This document shows, piece by piece, positions 59,290 to 64,000 of a stretch of 64,000 nucleotides of DNA (its first letter is position 1; each line of letters opens with the position of its first letter). Source of the stretch: the human T2T-CHM13v2.0 reference genome, Homo sapiens; assembly GCF_009914755.1 (NCBI RefSeq), contig NC_060947.1. One strand, given 5' to 3'. Made by a program: the position numbers and the translations under genes. Below the pieces are notes generated by a model, which worked only from the letters and a program-made list of their open reading frames with translations, was not told the origin of the DNA and made no database searches.

Positions 59290-59520
59290 TATAGATGGTC
59301 CGCTCTCTGCTAGTTACTGTTCTAAGCCTTTTATTTATATTATCTCATTTAATTCTTACAACAACCTAAGGACTATGTTACCATCATTATTCCCATATTT
59401 CAGATGAAGAAACTGAGGCACAGAACTTAAGTAACTTGCCAAGAGCACACACCAATTAAGTGGCAGAGTTAGGATTTGAAGCCAGGCTTTAGGTTCTAGA
59501 ATTTAGACTCATAACCACTA
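59290..59520 (-). mobile_element. MIR
   Basis: cagatgaagaaactgaggcacaga...taagtaacttgcc. Confidence 0.8.
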
Positions 59521-60187
59521 TATGTATTTCATAACATTTCATGATAAACCAATCCAAACCTCTAACTTTACAAATGAGCAAAGCAGCTGCAGTGGCATAA
59601 TGGGATCTGGGACATCAGGGTCATGTTCCCCTCTTTCCACCACCAAGCCCTTTCATTATGAGACATACCCTTATAATAATGAAAGCCAGACAGTGTTTAA
59701 AAATTCAGAGGCTTAAAGTTTCCTCTTTTGTAAAAGACAGCACAAGCACATCCGATGTATTATTAGCCTTATTTAATATCCAAACTGTTCCCCTAAACCC
59801 ATATTTATCACAGCCACAGCAACTAAAATGTTGCACCCATATTCAAGAAGTTAAGAGGGAAAGATAAACCACTTTACCCTTTCAGACTTCAAAACAGCCT
59901 GTGCCCGAATCTTTTACAGAAATTAGCTCAATTATGCTGTTCTGTTAATCATGACACAATCCTTTCCTGCTTGAGTTTGCTCATTTCAAGCTGCCACATC
60001 ATTAATCTAAAAATAAGGTTCTCATAAATCCATATTGACACAGACAGTTTTTAGCTGTCACACATCTCAGACACTGATCATTCCAGTTTTCTTCCTAAAT
60101 CACAAGATGGATGTGAAAGAATCACAAAACTTTATCACAATTATTTTCTGAAAAAGTAGTGTAAGTATAGATATTTATATTGCTTAC

Positions 60188-60480
60188 CCATAAATTATAA
60201 TCAGCCGCGTCTTTGCTGTCCTCTCTAATCTAACTGAACTAAGCTTGCAGTAGGAAGTTGAGTCTGTTTTAAAAAAATTATTTTTTTGGTAAAAAATGCA
60301 TCCTGAAATGGCAGATCATATTGAATGTCTGAGAAATGGCCCAGCTGGCATAGCTGTGACTCCCACGATACCTTTTGTTGCCAGAGACCTCCGCTACTGT
60401 GAATCTTGGGACCAAAAATATGCAATCTTTTCATCGGATCATTGAGAAGTTCCTGTCCTTTCAGAACAGAGGCAGGCTGT
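60188..60480 (-). promoter_or_regulatory. ARHGAP6: Probable alternative non-coding first exon/internal promoter of ARHGAP6 (short isoform starting at MSGRS in exon 2)
   Basis: Strong donor ATGG|GTAAGC at 60188/60187 on minus in unique, non-repeat sequence with several retained CpGs, next to a (TG)n(AG)n tract. It fits my recollection of a short ARHGAP6 isoform starting about 11 kb upstream of exon 2. The 5' end is approximate. Confidence 0.5.
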
Positions 60481-60501
60481 GTCCCTGAGTAAGTGCACAA
60501 A

Positions 60502-60533
60502 TGAGTGAGTGCGTGTGTTTGTATGCGTGTGTG

Positions 60534-60592
<59 letters not shown>

Positions 60593-60641
60593 GGGTGAGA
60601 GAGAGAGAGAGTTGGGGAGGAGGAAAGAGGGGAGGGAAGGG
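60502..60641. repeat. (TG)n(AG)n compound microsatellite plus purine tract
   Basis: Direct reading of the sequence. Confidence 0.95.
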
Positions 60642-61784
60642 ACAAAAAGAATGAGAGTATTTTGAAGAAATATACTCGAGTTAGAAAAGGATTCCTCTAA
60701 AAAAAATCCTCTTTTCCACAGGGATCTACAAACGGTAATTGGATTGTAACTGTGCAAACTGTCCTTATTAGGAATCAACCAAAGAATGTTGGAAGCCACT
60801 GGTGAAACCCCTGAGAGCAAGATAAAGCACATAGGATGCCTTCTTTGTTTAGGACAAATTCTCAGTTCTTAAATTATATTTTAAAACTACTGACTCCATT
60901 TTTCTAACACTAGCCACACACACTAAAAAGCAAAAGTTTTCATTCTCTTTCACACTGAAGCATAACACATGCTCTGTATTTTATCCTCTTTGTGGGACAG
61001 CAGTCCTTGAGAAGTTGTTCATTTCCTGAACAGAGGGTGTGGAGGTCAGAGTGAATATACCCACATGGCCATATCTAAGAGGGTTCAGGTTGGGGTGGGG
61101 GTTGGGGGTGGCATCCATGAAGAGCAGAGAGAAAAGGGAAGATTAATTCCAATCGCGAATTACCTTGATCTCCATGCATTCCACATGGCACTGAACCAAA
61201 TACAACTCGAAAAGACATCTTTGTTTCCCAGTCAATAGGAAGTTATAGTTCTCTCATGGGTCTCAAGTGAATTCCAACAAAAGAATCACTGTGATTATAA
61301 TTTACAAACCGGGAAATGATTTCATGGAAGATCTTACTGATTCAAAATTAAGGACTCGGTATGCTTTTACTAGGATTCTGTGAAACTAATCATGTAAGCC
61401 ACACATAGCCTCTGCTGCTGCTGCTGCTAAGGAAGGAATTTTAAAGCAGTAAAATATTCCAGGTGGTTTTCTTTACTAGAATGATTAAACTTAAACAGAG
61501 ATTCAGAGTAAAATCTACCTGTTACTGCACATACCTCCACCACCACTATCCTAAAAACTGATGTTGAAAATACGCATTATTCCAGTAGACAGTCAACATG
61601 GCTCATACTGGATACTCATCAATGGAAGTTACATCCTCATTTAAAGATATCTAATATCTTAATATCAATATATCTAATATCTTAATATATTATTTCACAT
61701 GAAATTGATAAATATGTAATTCATTTTTTATTATTAGGCAAATGATCCTTTAGTTTATAAATAGATGACAGCAACATGTAGTTC

Positions 61785-61962
61785 TGACTGAGCACTTACT
61801 AAGTGTCAGGCATTGTTTTAGGCATTTTATGGGCACTGACTTATCTAACCATCAAAATAATTCTTAGCAGTAGGTTACATTATTATCCTCATATTACAGA
61901 TGAGGAAACAGAAGCGCAGAGGAGTTAAGTGACTTGCTCAAAGATTCACAGCTCATAAGTAA
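61785..61962 (-). mobile_element. MIR
   Basis: ttacagatgaggaaacagaagcgcaga...taagtgacttgctcaa. Confidence 0.8.
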
Positions 61963-63029
61963 TGCGGCTGTCATCCCAACCACTATGAGCTTACAAATTA
62001 ACTGGAAGACAAAACCACAGTTCAGAGTCAGTACTAGTAGGAGCCATGTTATAAGTATCTAATAAGGAAGAGACAGTGATGAAATAAGAATGTTTACCTA
62101 ACACTAGAGTGGTCTGTTAAATCAATTATTTGATGGAGACATACACTGTCAGGTCAATAAATGTTTCGTAAGAAGGTGACTAAGTGAATAATCTCAAATA
62201 ATCCCGAGAGACAACATCTTGTGAAATTCCTAGTCTGTTTTAAGAGTGGAAGCAAGGCAGGCCTTAAGAGGAAGTGCAGAAATAATGGAGAAGGTGTGTA
62301 TATTTGGTATTCTTTGGAAAATGCATTCAAACCAGAAAAACAAAACATAAAGATAAGGAATCCTTTTTAAGATTTAAATAACAACTCTTTAAGTAAAACC
62401 AATAAGAGACCAAAGAGTCACTGAAAGAGCCTTGGAAATAAATATCAGGAAGCAACTAAAAGGTTCCATCTGTGGAAGAGTTTCGCTAATCACAAAAAGT
62501 GCTGAGAGCACAATGGTCATTTTTTTCCCATTTAACCCTCCATATCTAAGCATACCAAGAAACAATTTATAGCCTAAGAATCTATGCCATTAAGCATTCA
62601 TTCCACCTTCTTCTTGGCTCTTATTCTGGATTATTTCTGTTTATATCACTGGTGATATTTTGCACATTTAAGGCAAAAATATCATAGAATCACTGTCAAA
62701 CTTTTTGAGTGAATACATTTCTGATTACAGTACTCTTTTGCCTAAAACCCTTTGATGTCTCCTCCTTAGCTCCAGGACAAAGTCCAAATTCCTTAGCCTG
62801 GTATCCAGTGCGGTGTGCTTTTACTTAGATGGAATAAAATCAAATAGCCACTACATAATAGTGAATGATAACAGTAGAAGTTTACTGAGCATGTATTAGG
62901 TGCTAAGCACTTCATGTGTGCCATGTATTCACTGCCTCCAACAATTTCATTTTATAGAGGAAGTGATGGAGGCACAGAAATGGATGGCGCACAGTGAGGA
63001 AAACACTGACTGCTCATGAAGCCCGTAGC

Positions 63030-63660
63030 CCCTTTTTCGTGGGCATTCAGCTAGTCTACATTTCCCAGCCTCTCTTGCAGTTAATAGTGGTCATATGACT
63101 GGAGTCTAGCTAATGGAATGTCAGAGGAAGTGACAAGCTTCATTTCTAGCCCCAGTCCATAAAAACCTGGAGACAGCATCCAGGCAACCTGCATAGCCAT
63201 GTGTGGTAGTCCCAGGAGTGGACCACATTTTTCAGTGTTCTTTGCCTAGTGTAGTCCCCTGCCCTTCAAGCCCGCCTGGCTCTATGAGTTACTTTAACCA
63301 ACTGAATGTGGCAGAAGGGGATGCCAAGCCCATTCTGGACCTGAGACATAAGAAGGCATGGAAACTTCTGCTTTTGCATTCATAGGACCCTTGAGCCCCC
63401 ATGACATAGGTGTAGCCACTATGTTGAAGAGACCACGTGGAGAGGCAATATAGCCAGCGTGAAAGGTTTAGTTGCCCCAATGTCTCAACCTAAATCCAGC
63501 CCACCCTACCTCCAGCTGAATGAAAGGAAGAAGCAGCCCAGGTTCAGAATCATTGCTTGGAGCACAGCTGTCCCACCAATTGTGGCCAATCTAACAGTAT
63601 GAATGACAAATAGACTTATGTTGTGAAATTTGGGGATGTATCTGATATAGCAGCTGACCT
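63030..63660 (+). mobile_element. Old MLT1 (G/H-type) LTR
   Basis: tacatttcccagcctctcttgcagtta... and tttggggatgtatctgatatagcagc end motifs. Confidence 0.65.
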
Positions 63661-64000
63661 CACTTTCCTGAACTTCCCATATGAACACAGATAATAAATC
63701 TAAGCAGCCTGATCTGGAGCCCTTGCGCTTGAAACTCCTCCTATACTTCTCCCCACTGAACGACATCATGACTCATTTCGTCCCTTCCTACATTCTCACT
63801 TGGAAACAGAGTAGTTGATCAACTGGATGGTAAAGTAAAAATTGCTCTTTATATATTGTTTTGCTGAGCATGTAGAAAGTCTTTAATATAAAAGAAGACA
63901 AATATATTTCTAATGACATCCTTCAGATTTTGAATAATATATAGCCAATGGTTAGAAATAGGTAATGCTTTTATCTTTCAAAATCATGACTGACTCATAA

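Overview
Primate (very likely human) Xp22.2 genomic DNA inside ARHGAP6, which is on the minus strand. One 160-bp ARHGAP6 coding exon lies at 49050-49209, and a probable alternative non-coding first exon/promoter lies at about 60188-60480. The rest is intron, rich in Alu, L1, L2, MIR, MaLR LTR and MER elements. The main structure missed by the ORF track is an unprocessed FAM9/SYCP3-family gene copy (probably FAM9CP1) with seven recognisable exons, nested antisense on the + strand at about 9190-23620. It has a CCAAT/GC-box promoter that is duplicated in inverted orientation, SYCP3-like 5' exons, a FAM9C-type 3' frameshift, fossil SYCP3 C-terminal exons, and a 93-codon spliced ORF that remains open through canonical GT-AG junctions. 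Its introns hold an L1 nested in an L1 with a twin-priming inversion, an L1 3' transduction and a tail-less Alu. Protein identities and repeat subfamilies come from my recollection of the reference sequences, not from a search. There is no prokaryote-type system (CRISPR etc.) in this window.
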